DNA of 63,477 bases, counting the filler, from Folioceros fuciformis (lineage: Eukaryota): assembly GCA_049999805.1 (NCBI GenBank). It is 9 parts of 9 records of this genome, joined end to end, with 100 filler letters (N's around TTAATTAATTAA, not from the genome) between each part and the next. Parts side by side here need not be neighbours in the genome. Positions count along the whole stretch, not along the records: positions 12,943 to 18,921 come from JBNGIO010002880.1; positions 19,022 to 26,844 come from JBNGIO010002881.1; 7 more parts are not named here. One strand, written 5' to 3'. The notes beneath the pieces are model-generated. The model ran no database searches. It was not told where the DNA came from and was given only the letters and a program-made list of their open reading frames with translations. This document shows positions 12,843 to 25,790 of the stretch, piece by piece. A program made the position numbers and the translations under genes. The first letter of the stretch is position 1. Every line of letters starts with the position of its first letter.

Positions 12843-12942
12843 NNNNNNNNNNNNNNNNNNNNNNNNNNNNNNNNNNNNNNNNNNNNTTAATTAATTAANN
12901 NNNNNNNNNNNNNNNNNNNNNNNNNNNNNNNNNNNNNNNNNN

Positions 12943-14560
12943 GGATTAAGGGGGGGTGGGGCTAGAATTCGGGGAGTAGGGATAAGGTGGAGTCGAAACA
13001 GCTCGAGTTTGGCTCCGGCTTGAGTCTGGCTTCGAGCAAGGAGGCTACGATGGCCTGGACGAAGGTGGGGGCGCAGCCGCTAGGAGAATGCGTGAAGACA
13101 AAGCTGAGGGACCTAAGAACTGCCCCATCCAGGTATCGGGGTTAGGAGTGATGCATCTCTCCTGCCCTTTGGTCAGCCAGATGACATAAGTGGCATTTGG
13201 CTTACCATCCAGGGGTAGCACGCTTGGCTGCCTTGTAGGTGGAAAGCCTAGTACAGGCGTGCTGCTAGCGGGTGGGAAGCCCGGTGATAGTTATGTTGGC
13301 AGAGATGGTGGGTTGACGCTTCTAGTGCCAAGCTTACCCACTCAGGGGCACTAGATGGGTAGCACTACCAGGTCATGGGCCTTGGCTAGCAGAACGGAGG
13401 AAAGGATCTGAAGACAGTGGGGTCTCTGAAGGGTTGCAGATAATCTAAGAGAAAGGAGAGGATCGGAGGGGGGAAGAGAGTGTCGAGAGGCACTCGTGAG
13501 TTTTGGTATTTGGTAGTTTTGAGAGGTTGATTAATTTTGATAAGAGCAACCAGGGCCACAAGTCGGGGTTAGGGTTAGGTCAGGGTCAGGTTAGGATTAG
13601 GTCGGAGTTAGGTTTAGGGTTTTGACGAGTGGAGGAATCTGTCGAAGGCGTGTTGACCTGGTTAGACAGTGGTAGGGGTTCCTGGCCAAGGGGGTATAAG
13701 AGGCCAGGCCACTCATTGAGGGGGAAGGCTTTTTGTGAGAGCTCCCTTGACCTTGTGTGCAGGCTGCTGGGTTAGAGGTTTAACCCAGTGTATAGATGTG
13801 CTTCGGCCTTGATTCCCCATGCCACTAGGGGAACGTGGCGGCTCCCAAAATCGTTGAGATCTAGGTGACCAGATCTGCAGGGGCTGACCTTTCTTATATG
13901 CTGGTTGGGTGGTTGGGTACCTTGACATCCCTAAGGGGTTTCCAAGGCGACGGATTGGGGGGCTGTGAGCCGAGAAGGCTATCCAGCCTGGGTCTGCACA
14001 TCCCTGCCTCAAGGACTGCAAGTGAGGGGCTGCTGTATTTCAAAATCCAGGAGTGAGACGTGATGGTGAAGAATTGAAGAGTTGGAGTGCTGGAGTAGAA
14101 GTTTGAAGTGCTGGAGAAGCGTTGGAGTACAGACTAGAAGTGCTGGAGTAGAGAGTTGTTGTGCTGAGGTGAGGAGCTTAGGTGCTGAAGTTCTCAATCA
14201 GCTGCTGAGGTCGCTGGCATTTAGGGCTGAGAGTGGAGGTTGAGGCCAGGGCTGGAACCTCCTCTCAGCTGCTGAGGCGGCTAATACCCGGAGCTAGGAG
14301 TGGGAGCTGAAGATGATGCTGAGTCCTCATTTAACTGGGGTTGTAGTTGGTGTTGAAGACAGGGTTCTGATCTTTTTGCTGTGGTGTGGTTAGGTCTAGG
14401 AGCCGGCTGATAGATAGGATTAGATTAGGGCAGAGTGGGGGAGATTGTAGGAAACCTTGACACTGGTTCACTCCCTTGGGAGCGAATCCTAGTACTACGA
14501 CGATAATAAGAGGGAAGTGTGGCCCTTGGTGGTTCTTGGGTGCAAGTTCCACTCCAAACA
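12943..14560 (+). repeat. Long Gypsy-type LTR, 5'-truncated by the contig edge, ending CCAAACA
   Basis: Near-identical inverted copy at 36491-~37720; TATA-like GGGTATAAGAGG at ~13692; no PBS after the end. Confidence 0.85.
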
Positions 14561-15459
14561 GGTCGAGGAGATTTTGTGGTGTTTAAAGGAAGTAAACGCT
14601 TCACTCTCTATAGAATTGTAGCACCATTATGTAGTGTTTAATATGTGGGTAATGTGGCGTGGTGTGACTACTGTTAACTAATGAACTATACATGTCTACC
14701 TCGATCTCACTATAGTTCCCCTATTCAATCTGGTTGCCAAAGAAGTCCTGTTGCCCAGCTCATGAGCTCGGGGTGTGTGCTTGCCTAGGCTGCAATGGCG
14801 GTGACCTCATGCCTCTACCCTTTGACTACTTGTTGTCCCCAGCAGCATTGCCCAGCTCATGAGCTCGGGTGCAGACTTGCACCTTCACGCCCCGCATACC
14901 GGCCGTTTTGCTTGAAGTCCTTGGTTGTCAGTTGGCGTAGCCTCGAAAACTTTGAAATAGTTTTTCCAATTATGATCCATATTTATTTCCGGTGGTAGGT
15001 GTCTTTCGAGTGGTAGGTATCTGGCAGAATGGCACTTGTTTCACATCAAACCAAGAGGCCAAGAGGTAGACTCGGCTACCATATGGACAGTGTCAAAATT
15101 GGCATTAAGCATAGTACCAGCGGAATTCTATGTGTTAGCAGTTTTTTTTGCGTGAAAGTGATATCCCGTCGTCAGCTTGCAAAGCATAGTTCCTAGCACT
15201 GTTTTGAAGTATTCCTTGTGCTTGGAATGGTCCCTGTGTGCTTGCTATCATACCGTGCTTTCTCATGGAGATAAGACTAGCATAGAGAGACCTCCCACCA
15301 TCTCCAGCGAGGCATTTGGGCCTCGGCACGTGGGATGGTGACGTGACTTGCCAACCGGAAAAGCAAATGCAAGAAATGTGCATTCCATTTGGAGCACCTT
15401 GGACCATGTTGTCCCGGTAACTAACAACTGTACACGATTTCTGCCCCAAACGGGGAGAG

Positions 15460-17377
15460 CTAGTGATACAGGAGGGGAGGCAAGCGGGGAGCAGCAACAG
15501 CCTGCAAAGGGACGGTCTTCGGCATGGTCAATCCAAAAGTTTCCTTCATGTCCATGTGCTCAGGTGTTTGGCCCTGAGGCAGCTGCCAATCGAAGCTATG
15601 CAGTAGCTGAGCTACAGCATAGTTCACATGGGTGAGGCCTAATTGGATGCCAGGACAACCTCTCCTGCCAGCTCCGAAAGGAATGAAGTCAAAATTCTGG
15701 CCAGATATGTCAAAATCCCTGCAGCACACCATCACACAAGTTCAGGACCATTCTTGTGAGACGACTCCTGCAAGAGGGTTGAGCAACTCGCTGGTAAAGG
15801 CTTGGCTACATACCTTCCCATGAATCTCTCTGGATCGAACTCCGCAGGCCTCTCCCATACGGATTTGGCCTGTGCGATGCTCCAAATATTCACAAGCACC
15901 TGCATCCCCGCGGGGATGTCGTAGCCTGCAACTTGACAAGAATTGATGGCTGCATGTGGGATGAGATGTGCAACTGGAGGATGTACACGCATACTTTCTT
16001 TGACGATAGCTTGGAGATAGGGCAGATTCGAAATGTCTGATTCCTGTAGCCTACGGTCTCGCCCAACTACCAAATCAAGCTCCTTGTGAGCCCGTTTCAT
16101 AACGTCAGGGTTGCGAATAACCTCTGCCATAGCCCACTCCATGGTCACTGCAGAGGTGTCCACTCCCGCACCGATCAAATCCTGCAACACACAAACAACA
16201 TGATAAGACATCCCGAATTCCTGCTTCCCACCAGAGGAACATGCTTAAAGTGTTCGGGTGTCTTGCAGTGCGGTGCAACAACTAACCAGTATTAGCCCTT
16301 TGATCACGTTGTCGGTGTTGGGCATCGCTCCCTCCTGAGCCCGTAGAGAAAGCAGCACATCCATGAAGTCCTGCTCTGCTTCTTCTTTCTGCTGCACCGC
16401 ATTCTGCTTTCTGTGCTCCTCCAGCTCCTTGCTCAGGAACTTGTCCAGCTTTGCGTGCAAATTGGCAATCTGCTTCTTGGGCCACCAGTCCAAAAATGCC
16501 AGGTACCGAGAATGATCTCCCACCATTGGAATTCCGTAGAGGTGGAAGAGCTCGTCCATCGTTTGTTTGAGGGCTGGGCCCACCGAATCGGCCTACAAGG
16601 GCAGGAAACTTTTATCCAAGCTTGAGACAATCCAGAAATTACATCACTGCTCTCTGGTGTGAACATGCAAGCCAGGATTACCTCGTGTGAGATTCCTTGG
16701 TTGAAAAACCGTTTCCCACACAGCTGTCTAGTCATGAGATTCATGGTCAGAGCAGCAAGCTTCTGGTTCAAGTCGACTCCCACATCCCTGGCGGTGTCGT
16801 CCAAAATAGAGAGCACCATGTCAGACATTTCTTGCTGCCTTGCTGCTGCAAACTGACTTATCCGCTTCTGCGAGAGGAGCTCAACAGTAGCCAACTTCCT
16901 GCAATGATTTCAGCCCGGGTAAGCTGGCAGTCTCCACAGCTTACAATACCATTCTCACGAAAGGAAAGCACGAAGAGACCTGAGGTATCTCCAGTGTGTT
17001 CCGTAAGGGGTGGCGGCAATGGATCCTTCGACGTATGCCAATCCCTGAAAGGCCCTGAAGGGAGGTCTAGAAGCGAAATTCCGGTCCTGATTCTTGAGCA
17101 CTTCCCGAGCCATGTCCGGGGACGAGATGAGCACCATAGACCTCCCTGCCAGACGAAGATGCAAAATGGGTCCATACTGCTCCGCCAATCTATCTATCTC
17201 ACGGTGAGGGTGACGAGATCTCAGAAACAGGTGCAGGTGCCCGATCAGGGGCCAAGATGGGGGTTCCGGTGGCAGATTAAGTTTGGCCCCAGCTTTGCCC
17301 ATTTGCATCCATCGAACGAACACAAATGCAGCCCCAATGCCTGTAAGGAGCTGCAGAAGCAAGAGGCTCGCGTCCAT
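15460..17377 (-). CDS. Cytochrome P450, CYP71 clan, 5 exons, 515 aa: join(17377-16980,16898-16682,16592-16287,16181-15814,15718-15460)
   Basis: N-terminal TM anchor, LPPEPPSWPLIGHL hinge, FASRPP, HWRYLRKLATVELLS, I-helix AGVDTS, ESMR (ExxR), FDPERF, heme motif PFGAGRRGCPG. Four GT-AG introns (81, 89, 105, 95 nt) splice in frame to 1548 nt with no internal stop. Confidence 0.95.
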
Positions 17378-17754
17378 TTTCCGCTGCACTCCAAGCAGAG
17401 CCACAGCTTCCCTCCCTTGCAGCTCCTTCGAAATTGGGATCTTTTCCCGGTTTGGGTGGGTGTGGCTATCTCCGAAAGGAAAATAAAAAGCAGTGAAAAC
17501 TCGGCTCAGGACAGGTCTTATTCTGCTTTTCCGCTTCCCTTAGGAGAGGGAAGCGAAAACATCAATACACCCGGTACCTGCGGCGCTCCTTCTGACGCGA
17601 CTGCTCGCCATAACCTGGCCAGCCGCGGGGCCCGCCACCTCCATGGCATGGTGAGCCATGCTCCCGCTCTCCATCTCTCCTCTTTCCTATACCTACGGAG
17701 TTCTCCCTTGAATACATACGGCCAGTCGTGTACAGACTTCGTCTCACGAAACCG

Positions 17755-17996
17755 GGTTTGAGTTTTGAGCTGGCTCAGCGGTTTTGAGTTTTGAGCCTGC
17801 CTCATAAGTTTTGAGTTTCGAGCCTGCCTCAGCATTTTTGAGTTTTGAGCCTCCCTCAACAGTTTTGAGTTTTGAGCCTGCCTCAATAGTTTTGACTTTT
17901 GAGCCTACCTCAGCAGTTTTGAGTTTTGAGCCTGCCTCAGTAGTTTTGACTTTTGAGCCTACCTCAGCAGGTTTGAGTTTTGAGCCTGCCTCAGCG
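17755..17996. repeat. 27-bp minisatellite, 9 copies (GTTTTGAGTTTTGAGCCTGCCTCAGCA)
   Basis: Units start at 17755, 17781, 17808, 17835, 17862, 17889, 17916, 17943 and 17970. Confidence 0.95.
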
Positions 17997-18032
17997 GAAA
18001 TGTTCGAGACAGACAATGAGCAGGAGGATGAG

Positions 18033-18921
18033 TGTGGGCAAGCGGGCATGGTATCCCTACCAGGCACCCGCTCACATGTATCGTGGCCACATCAATCCCA
18101 CGGTCGTTGTAGGCTTCCCCGGAATCGCTCCCCTCTGAGCCTGGTCAGCTACATCTATTGCTCCCCTACACTAGTCAACTCTCCCAACCACGTACCTACC
18201 AATCTGGCCACACGTCCCATCAATAGGTAGGCACCATTCCTTCGCTTGGAAGGGCCCCAATACCTCCCCCTACCAACTTCCAACTACCTACACCCAGCAC
18301 CTTTCCCCACAAGTCTCCTCACAACACCTTCTACACAATCCAACTCCACGTTTCCCTACGTTCAAGACTCCCAACCAAACATCACAAGAACCTTTGCGAT
18401 CGGCAACAGAAAGGGCACTCGCAGCTCCCCCTTCCGCCAGGATGTCCACACAGGCTTACGAAAATTGGTTCTCTATTCGTCACGAAACACTTACAATCAA
18501 AGAATGGGGGGCCTCTGGCTCAAGTTCTTCGTTCTACTTATATAGGATGGCAGATGGCTTCCTACCTACCACTAGCCGTGGCCAGCTTTAACTACGCACA
18601 CCTACCAAGAGGCTAAGACCTACTAATAGTTGCTAAGGCAGTGCGCGCCGATGAAGATTAGGACTGTCGGTGCTGCCATAGAAGATTCGTTGACCCCCTT
18701 TTTCAAAAAGGTATGGCTAGGATGGCTCTTGAAGGGAGGCAGAGTCTCAAGGTTGAGCCACTGGGCCCCCCTCCATTATTGGGATTCGTCTTCTTTTGGA
18801 TCCACAAGCTACCTCCATACCTTCTGTGGAGGCAAAACCCCGGGCACTGATTGCCAACGGGTTCCACCTTTAGTGGCCACACTTATCCCACTGTCGTTGA
18901 GACATTGGGTTTCGTTCCCAC
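18033..18921 (-). repeat. LTR of the same family as solo LTR 46868-47819, almost complete
   Basis: Terminus TGTGGGCAAGCG is the reverse complement of 47808-47819; core 18640-18825 matches 47580-47762; the other end GTTCCCAC stops at the contig edge. Confidence 0.85.
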
Positions 18922-19021
18922 NNNNNNNNNNNNNNNNNNNNNNNNNNNNNNNNNNNNNNNNNNNNTTAATTAATTAANNNNNNNNNNNNNNNNNNNNNNN
19001 NNNNNNNNNNNNNNNNNNNNN

Positions 19022-22000
19022 ACAGCAACACCTTCTTTGAATACTCAGCAAGTTCCTATCAAACCTCCTAATGTTGCATGTTCATCTAATCCTGATTGCG
19101 CATCTAGATTTGAGCATACGCACGATCAACAAACTTCTCAACACAAATTGGGCAACTCTCAAGGCAATAATCTACAGGCTGTAAGCCGTGCATCGATTGA
19201 TCAGCATTTACAAGAAGAGATTTCAGCTGCTGCTGATTTCCTTTGAAAATTCCGGAGAGCTGAGCATTGTCAACCTCAAGAGGTCTCACAAGCAAAGGCG
19301 CCATATCACAACAGCCATTCTTCAGCAAATCTTCCAAAAGAAACTTTACAAAATTGCTGCAATTCTCCTCCACCACCAGCGCCTCTCAATGACAACCAGA
19401 TCCCAGACGACACAGTTGATTCTATCCAAGATTTGAAGCATCTCGAAGCATATTTCATTCCAGATCTCTTTCCGGTCTTCCATAACCATACAGTTGCAGA
19501 TCTTGGTTGCACCGCTTACAATCCTAGGTCGACAACGTCGTCCTCCTCCGGCGCACATGCTATGATTGGTGGTTTCTCATCTGGATTACCTGAGCCCCAT
19601 ATCAAAGGGGCTGAAGATTCTAGAGCTATGGACGGTTATGCCCGCGCGCGTCTCGCGTGCGTTGGTAACTGTCTGGCACCGTTCCACGAACGGTGCCCTA
19701 AAAACAATTTAAGGGCACCCGTTCGCGAATGGTGCCCTAATGAATTATTTTTGGCACCCATTCGCAAAGGGTGCCCTAATGAAGTATTTTCGGCACCGTT
19801 TCAAAACGTTTCTATGCATGATGACGTTTTGAATCTTGGATCCTCAGGTGGGGTGCAGCTAGGCAATATTTCTGGATCTCATTTTGCACCTCCTGAGCCC
19901 TCGTCTGCACCCGCTCGAAGCTCCTCACCTCCTTATACGCAGCCTCTGGCGGTAGAGTGTCCAGTTTTTCCAGCTTCAGTCATCAAGCAAGAGCCCTTGT
20001 CGCCGCACTTTCAACCTAACGACCTTGCCACTCAGCGTTACCTTTATCAGCAAGCTGGTGCTACTCCTCAAGAGCTATTTCAACTGGAGTGTCGTCATCT
20101 CTGGGATTATCTTAATTAGCTCTCTGAGTCGGTGCACTCAGTTGCCCAAGCAATTCAACATCTTTCTACTGTTTATGGCCCTAGTACTTGTGGCATCGTT
20201 CATTGGGTTGCTTGACTTTCCGGACTTTTATTCGTATAACATTTGAGTTGATCCTATTCAAGATTTGATATATCAATATATATATATTTGAAGACTACTT
20301 GGCTCCTCGTCATAACTTGGAGTTGGCAGTCCTTCTTGTATTTCTTTTATGCTTCTATCTAATCACTATTGTTTGCTTCTTTCATGATGGCTCCCTCATC
20401 AAACACGCCCCCTGCTCCTATCATCAATTATATGAATGTGACTTCTGAATTCAAAGAGAAAGACCATTTGGACTGCACTAAGTTCAAGATATGGTCCAAA
20501 CGTATGTGTTTTGTCTTGAATACAAGAGATCTATTTGGCATAGTTGATGGATCTATCACCAAACCTAATGGGCCTTCACTTACCCATGACTCTTGGTTGA
20601 AACAAGACAAGCTAGCTATGCATATCCTTATCTTGAGCCTCGATGAAGTCACTCTTCATCATCTTGACGGTGCTATTACTGCTGCTGAGGCTTGGTGGCA
20701 GCTAGTCGATATTTTTCAATCTACCAATGTTATGACATTAGTAACAGGGCGTAACGAATTTTATTCTCTCCGCATGAATAATAATGAGAGCATTGGTACT
20801 TATGTTGGCAAGTTTCGTTATCTTCAGGCCCAGGTTGCTGCCTTAGGCACTCCCTTATCGGAATTCGAAGCTTGTGTCCAATTGTTGGCCTCCCTTCCTG
20901 CTAACTTTCAAGCATTTGTGTCCTCTCAGAATGGCACTGTTCAAGAGGATCATCAGGTAGTAAAGGCTAGCCACACACCCAACATTTCCATCTCGGAAAT
21001 TGCCAACGCCAACACTTCGAAGCATGGTGGTGAATGAGTTATGTTGGTTAGCAAAGGCCGTCAACGCCATCAGCCCCACTAGCAACGTCGTCCTCCTCCA
21101 CCTGATAGACGGCCCTTCACTGCGCCTTCTCCGGCTCCTGGTCGTGGACCTTCGACATCCAAACCTGCTAGTTCCAGCTGCAAGCCCGGTACTTGCAACT
21201 GGTGTCAAATTCCCAGGCCACTGGGAGCCTAATTGCCGCAAGAAGAAAGCTGGCAAGCCTCGACGTCCATCCAAGACTGCCAATACGGTCTCGACCTCCA
21301 AGCAGAAAAGGTCGGCATTGCCCTCAAAGTCTGCTTGGTAGCTTTTGAATATAAGACCTCTTGGCTATTGGATTCCGCTGCCTCTGCGCATATATGCTGC
21401 CATTGTCAAATTTTTTCTGATTATCTCCCTACCGAAGATCAACGTTTTGTTCTTCTCGGCGACGACTCTAGCCTTACTATTGCGGGCACTGATACTTTTA
21501 CTCTTGAAGATGGTTCTGTGCTTCTTCTAAGTGATGTGCTGCATGTTCCGCAAATGGCAAAGAATCTTATTTTCGTTCGACACTTGGTGAAGGATGGTAC
21601 GTTCCGGCTAGAGTTTGGAAGAGGCGATTGCCTCCTCACAAGATCTGTTGCTCCTGGTCGAGTGGTTGCCAGAGGTCGTCCGCAGCATGATCTCTATGTC
21701 TTCTCTGCCATACCAGTGATCACGGCTTCCTTGACCCCAGCTTCCGCAATGGCAACTGCGGTCGACAGAGGGAGTTCCCGCACAGGTGACTCCCTATTAT
21801 GGCATTCTCGGCTTGGACATATTAATCATGCTAAGCTTCTTGAGATGTCTAGGCAGGATTTATTTAGGGAGAAGCTACCTAACCTTTCACAGACTCCACT
21901 ATTGTGTGAACCTTGTATATATATGCTAAACAATGTAGTTTCCCCTATCCTACTCTACTTGCCCGTCAGGCTACTCAGCTCTTGGAGTTGGTCCATGTTG

Positions 22001-25000
22001 ATCTTTGTGGTCCACTTCCCGTCCTTTCACTTGGCGGCGCACTGTATTTTATGACTATTGTTGACGACTATAGTCGTTATACCTTTGCTATTCCGCTCAA
22101 GTTGAAGAGTGACTCCTTCGACTCCTTTGCTCCTTTTGTCACTATGGTCGAGCTGCAAACTAGTTGCAAGCTTCGGAGTATTAGATCTGACAATGCAGGG
22201 GAATTAAATAACCGGCAATTTAAGGATTTCTATCTTAAGAGGGGGATTCTCCGTCAATTTATGGTTCCCTACACTTCTCAGCAGAATGGGGTTGCTGACA
22301 AGGCCAGCGGCGATCTGCTCGCCATGGCTCGCGCTATGCTAACCTGCACTCAGCTCCCCAAACCCTTCTAGGCCGAAGCGATTAATACTGCAGCGTATCT
22401 CCGCAACAGGGTACTTTCCAAGTCCGTTCCTGACCAGACACCCTTTGAGTCCTGGCATGGATATAAGCCTCTTATTACTCATCTTCGGATTTTTGGCTGC
22501 CCCGCCTATGGTAATATTCCTTCTCAGCTTCGCAACAAGCTTTCTGCTCGTGCTGGCAAGCTGGTATTTGTTGGCTATGGCGAGGACCGTAAGGCTTATA
22601 AACTGGTTGACTTGGATACCCATGCTATTGTCTATGCTCGCACTGTCACTTTCGATGAGGCTTGGTTAGCATCTACTCGTTCTGAGTCCATGGATTCTAC
22701 TTCGGCTGCTTCAGACGACACTGCTTCTTCCGACCCAGGTGACCTTATGCCTGAGTTTTTGACTCAGCCCTCTGTTTTCCCGGACTTTGGTCCTGCACCC
22801 ACTGCTCCATCCTTGGCCTCTTCACCTCAAACAACACCTATCCCTATTGTTCCTACTCGAGAGGGGGAAGATGAACAGGCCATTGTTGATCCTTATGAAA
22901 ACAAAGAAGACTTTGGTGCTCTTAATCCACAAGACCCAAAGATTGTTCCTGCTCCACCTTCTCCTGTAATACTTGATCCAACTCCTGAGCGAAGATATCC
23001 TTTGTGTCATCGTCAATCGAGACACCTCTGGAATGAGAACCCCTTTGATTTAGAGTTCAATCAAGCTAGGTACACCACCACTGCTGCAGGTCACTTCAAC
23101 GCCTTTAGTGTTGCCCCTTCAGAGGGAGATCCTCTCACTCTGCAAGAGGCATATTCGCAACCCGATGCAACTAAGTGGAAGTTCGCTTTTGATGAATATA
23201 ATTCTCTTATCAAAAATAATACTTGGACTCTAGTAAACTTGCCAAAAGGCAGAACTACTGTCAAATGCAAGTGGGTTCTCAAAACTAAATTCCAGGAGGT
23301 TGAACCTTGTATTCGCTATAAGGCAAGACTAGTTGCTAAGGGTTATAGTCAGAGAGAGGGAGTGGTCTATCGGGGCGATAAGGTTTATTCACCTGTAGTC
23401 AAGGTTGCTTCCGTGAGAATGCTCTTGGCTTTATGTGCCGAGCTTAATCTGGACATTTATCAGCTTGATGTTTGTACTGCTTTCCTTTATGGTCATCTGC
23501 AAGAAGAGATCTATATGGATCAACCAGAAGACTATGAAGATAAGCAATATCCAAATAAGGTGTGTAAACTTATTCGTTCTATTTACAAACTAAAGCAAAG
23601 CCCACGTTTATGGTATGAGAGAATGGACTCTTACCTCAAGAAGATAGATTTTATCCAAAGTGAAGCAGACACCAATATCTATATACTCCGCAAGAACAAC
23701 TCCCTTGTAGTGGTTGCTCTATATGTTGATGACTTAGTTATTCCTGGCAACAATATTGAACTAGTTAACAAGATTAAAGCTGACCTTAGTAAAGAATTCG
23801 AGATGAAGGATCTCGGCAAAGTTAAATATATTCTTGGTATGCATGTACATAGAGATACCACTGGTGCTATCTATCTCCATCAAGGAAGATATGTAGCTAG
23901 TATGTTAAAATGCTTCAATTTGGAGAATGCACGTGCGGCAGCCACACCTGGCGCCGTAGGTGTTAAGCTTTCATCTGCTACCTGTCCACAATCAAAACAA
24001 GAAAAGAAAGAGATAGAAAATATTCGTTATCGTATGGGAGTTGGTACTCTCATGTTCTTAAGTAATCAGACTAGACTTGATATCTCAAATACTGTAAATG
24101 CTATTGCTCAGTTCTCAGAGAATCCAAGAAAGGATCACTAGGTTACTCTTATGCGCATCATGTGGTACCTCAAGGGTACTCCAAATTATGGCCTCTACTT
24201 CAAGCCTAGCGGAAAGAAGCATCTGCTATTGACATGCTTTGTCAATGTAGATTGGACTTCAGACGCTAATACCCAAAAAGTATCTTAGCATATTGCTTTC
24301 TTGTTGGCTCCACTATTGTTAATTGGTCTTGTAAAAGACAAGCTGCCATATCACTTTCATCAACTGAATCGGAGTACAAAGCACTCAGTGAAGCCACGAA
24401 AGAGGCTGAATGGGAAAGAAAGCTATGTGAAGATTTAGATATGAAGCATGAAGGGCCAACAATACTTAATTATGACAATATGTGAGCCATTGCTCTTGTT
24501 GCTAATCTTGTCTTTCATGTGCGCACGAAGCATATTGAGATTTAACACCGTTATATTCGTGACGCTGCTGAGAGGGGAATTGTTAAGGTACAGTATGTAC
24601 CCACAGACGACAATACAACACATATACTGATAAAATCCCTGCCGAAATTTAAACACTACTTCCACAGAGAAAGGCTTGGATTGGTTGACTGTAGAGCTTT
24701 TTGAAGCTAGACTAGTCACACATTTGATGAGGCATATCTTATCACAAAACGTTTAGTTACTTGAAGTTGATAGCTATTGTAGACCGCTTACTTCAATCTT
24801 ACTTGCGGCCGGTGATGATCGGTGAGTTGAGTTTAGTTGAAGATTGAAGTACTTATACAATACTCCAACGGCAAATGATTATTAGTTCTTTGATTTAGAT
24901 AACCCAACTAGTATGAGAGGGAGAGTTAGAAGTACAGACCGCGTTGGTTATGGGTAACTTAGCTAGCGTGGTCATACCCTTTAGTATCTAGTACCAAAGA

Positions 25001-25116
25001 GGTACAACTCTTCAGACATAGGCTGTAAAAGCCCACCTCTTGTAATCAATTTTATCAATTAGTAAAGCACTATCTTTGATCAAACGATTCTGCAAAGCAC
25101 TACAAACTTTCTAAGT
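19022..25116 (+). mobile_element. Ty1/copia element B, 5'-truncated by the contig edge, with upstream extra ORF
   Basis: Extra ORF ~19037-20119; gag from 20384; PR WLLDSAAS; INT HVDLCGP and RSDNAGE; RT LYVDD; decayed RNaseH; PPT ~24914-24923; LTR 24924-25116. Confidence 0.93.
19675..19806 (+). repeat. 39-bp tandem repeat (3.3 copies), each full unit a GGCACC...GGTGCC hairpin
   Basis: GGCACC starts at 19675, 19714, 19753 and 19792. Confidence 0.9.
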
Positions 25117-25175
25117 ATATTGGCAATGAAAGACCCTTGTGCCATATTCTGACCCATACCATATTATGCCATTGA

Positions 25176-25787
25176 GGGGCCTAGTGAAGATTCATTATGT
25201 GTCAACAAATGACAATATGGCTGATGTGTTGATGAAGTCCTTGCCTAAGTTCAAACACTGCTTTCATAGAGCAAGACTTGGCTTATAGATTGTAGTAGTC
25301 ATGTTTCACAAGACAAATTGCTCATTTGGTAAGACCTTCAGTGATTCTTCCATCGTCTTCGAAGAAAGCTGATGCTGAAGACTTGCTCCTTTTGTGGTCA
25401 TGATCGCTGCTCTATTACGTGAGTGGCTATTGTCGACAGACTCAACAATACGAGGTGCGACTAGAAGATGTGACAACCGAGCTGAAGATGGTAGCCTTCA
25501 GTGATAGTATATCTTTCGCAGTGATCTTTGTTTCTTAGAATGGAGCTCTCAAAACAACAACGTGTTTGAGAGGGAGAGGTAGAATGTATTAACAGATCAC
25601 GTTGGTTCTGTACTAGCTAGATTTGTTAGCTAGGGTTAGGAGATAGTTTCAGTTAGTCAACAAGGCTGGTAAAAGGTCACACCTCTTGGGTCATGGTCTA
25701 CAAAAGACAACCTTTTGTACTATCTTAATTGACTTTAGGTATTTCTAACATATATAGAAAATACACTTCCAAATGTAATTTCTAACT
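25176..25787 (+). mobile_element. 3' end (RNaseH tail, 3' UTR, PPT, LTR 25577-25787) of another copia of the B/D lineage
   Basis: Colinear with 34898-35508. Confidence 0.88.
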
Positions 25788-25790
25788 TAG

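Noticed and set aside
14751-14870. Duplicated palindrome CCCAGCTCATGAGCTCGGG downstream of the P450
   Set aside because: Only two copies, with no TIR/TSD structure to support a MITE call.
16697-17761. 354-aa plus-strand ORF
   Set aside because: Antisense shadow of the P450 exons and promoter; no recognisable motifs.
17755-17996. CRISPR-like appearance of the 27-bp and 39-bp arrays
   Set aside because: Units are directly tandem without unique spacers; there are no cas genes and the context is eukaryotic.
18640-18680. Possible hammerhead ribozyme (CCGATGA in an LTR hairpin; retrozyme idea)
   Set aside because: The core is not CTGANGA and there is no correctly placed GAAA or three-stem junction.
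25742-25750. TTTCTAACA as a canonical CA end for LTR 25577
   Set aside because: Homology with the PBS-bounded LTR 35302-35508 continues to TTCTAACT at 25787.
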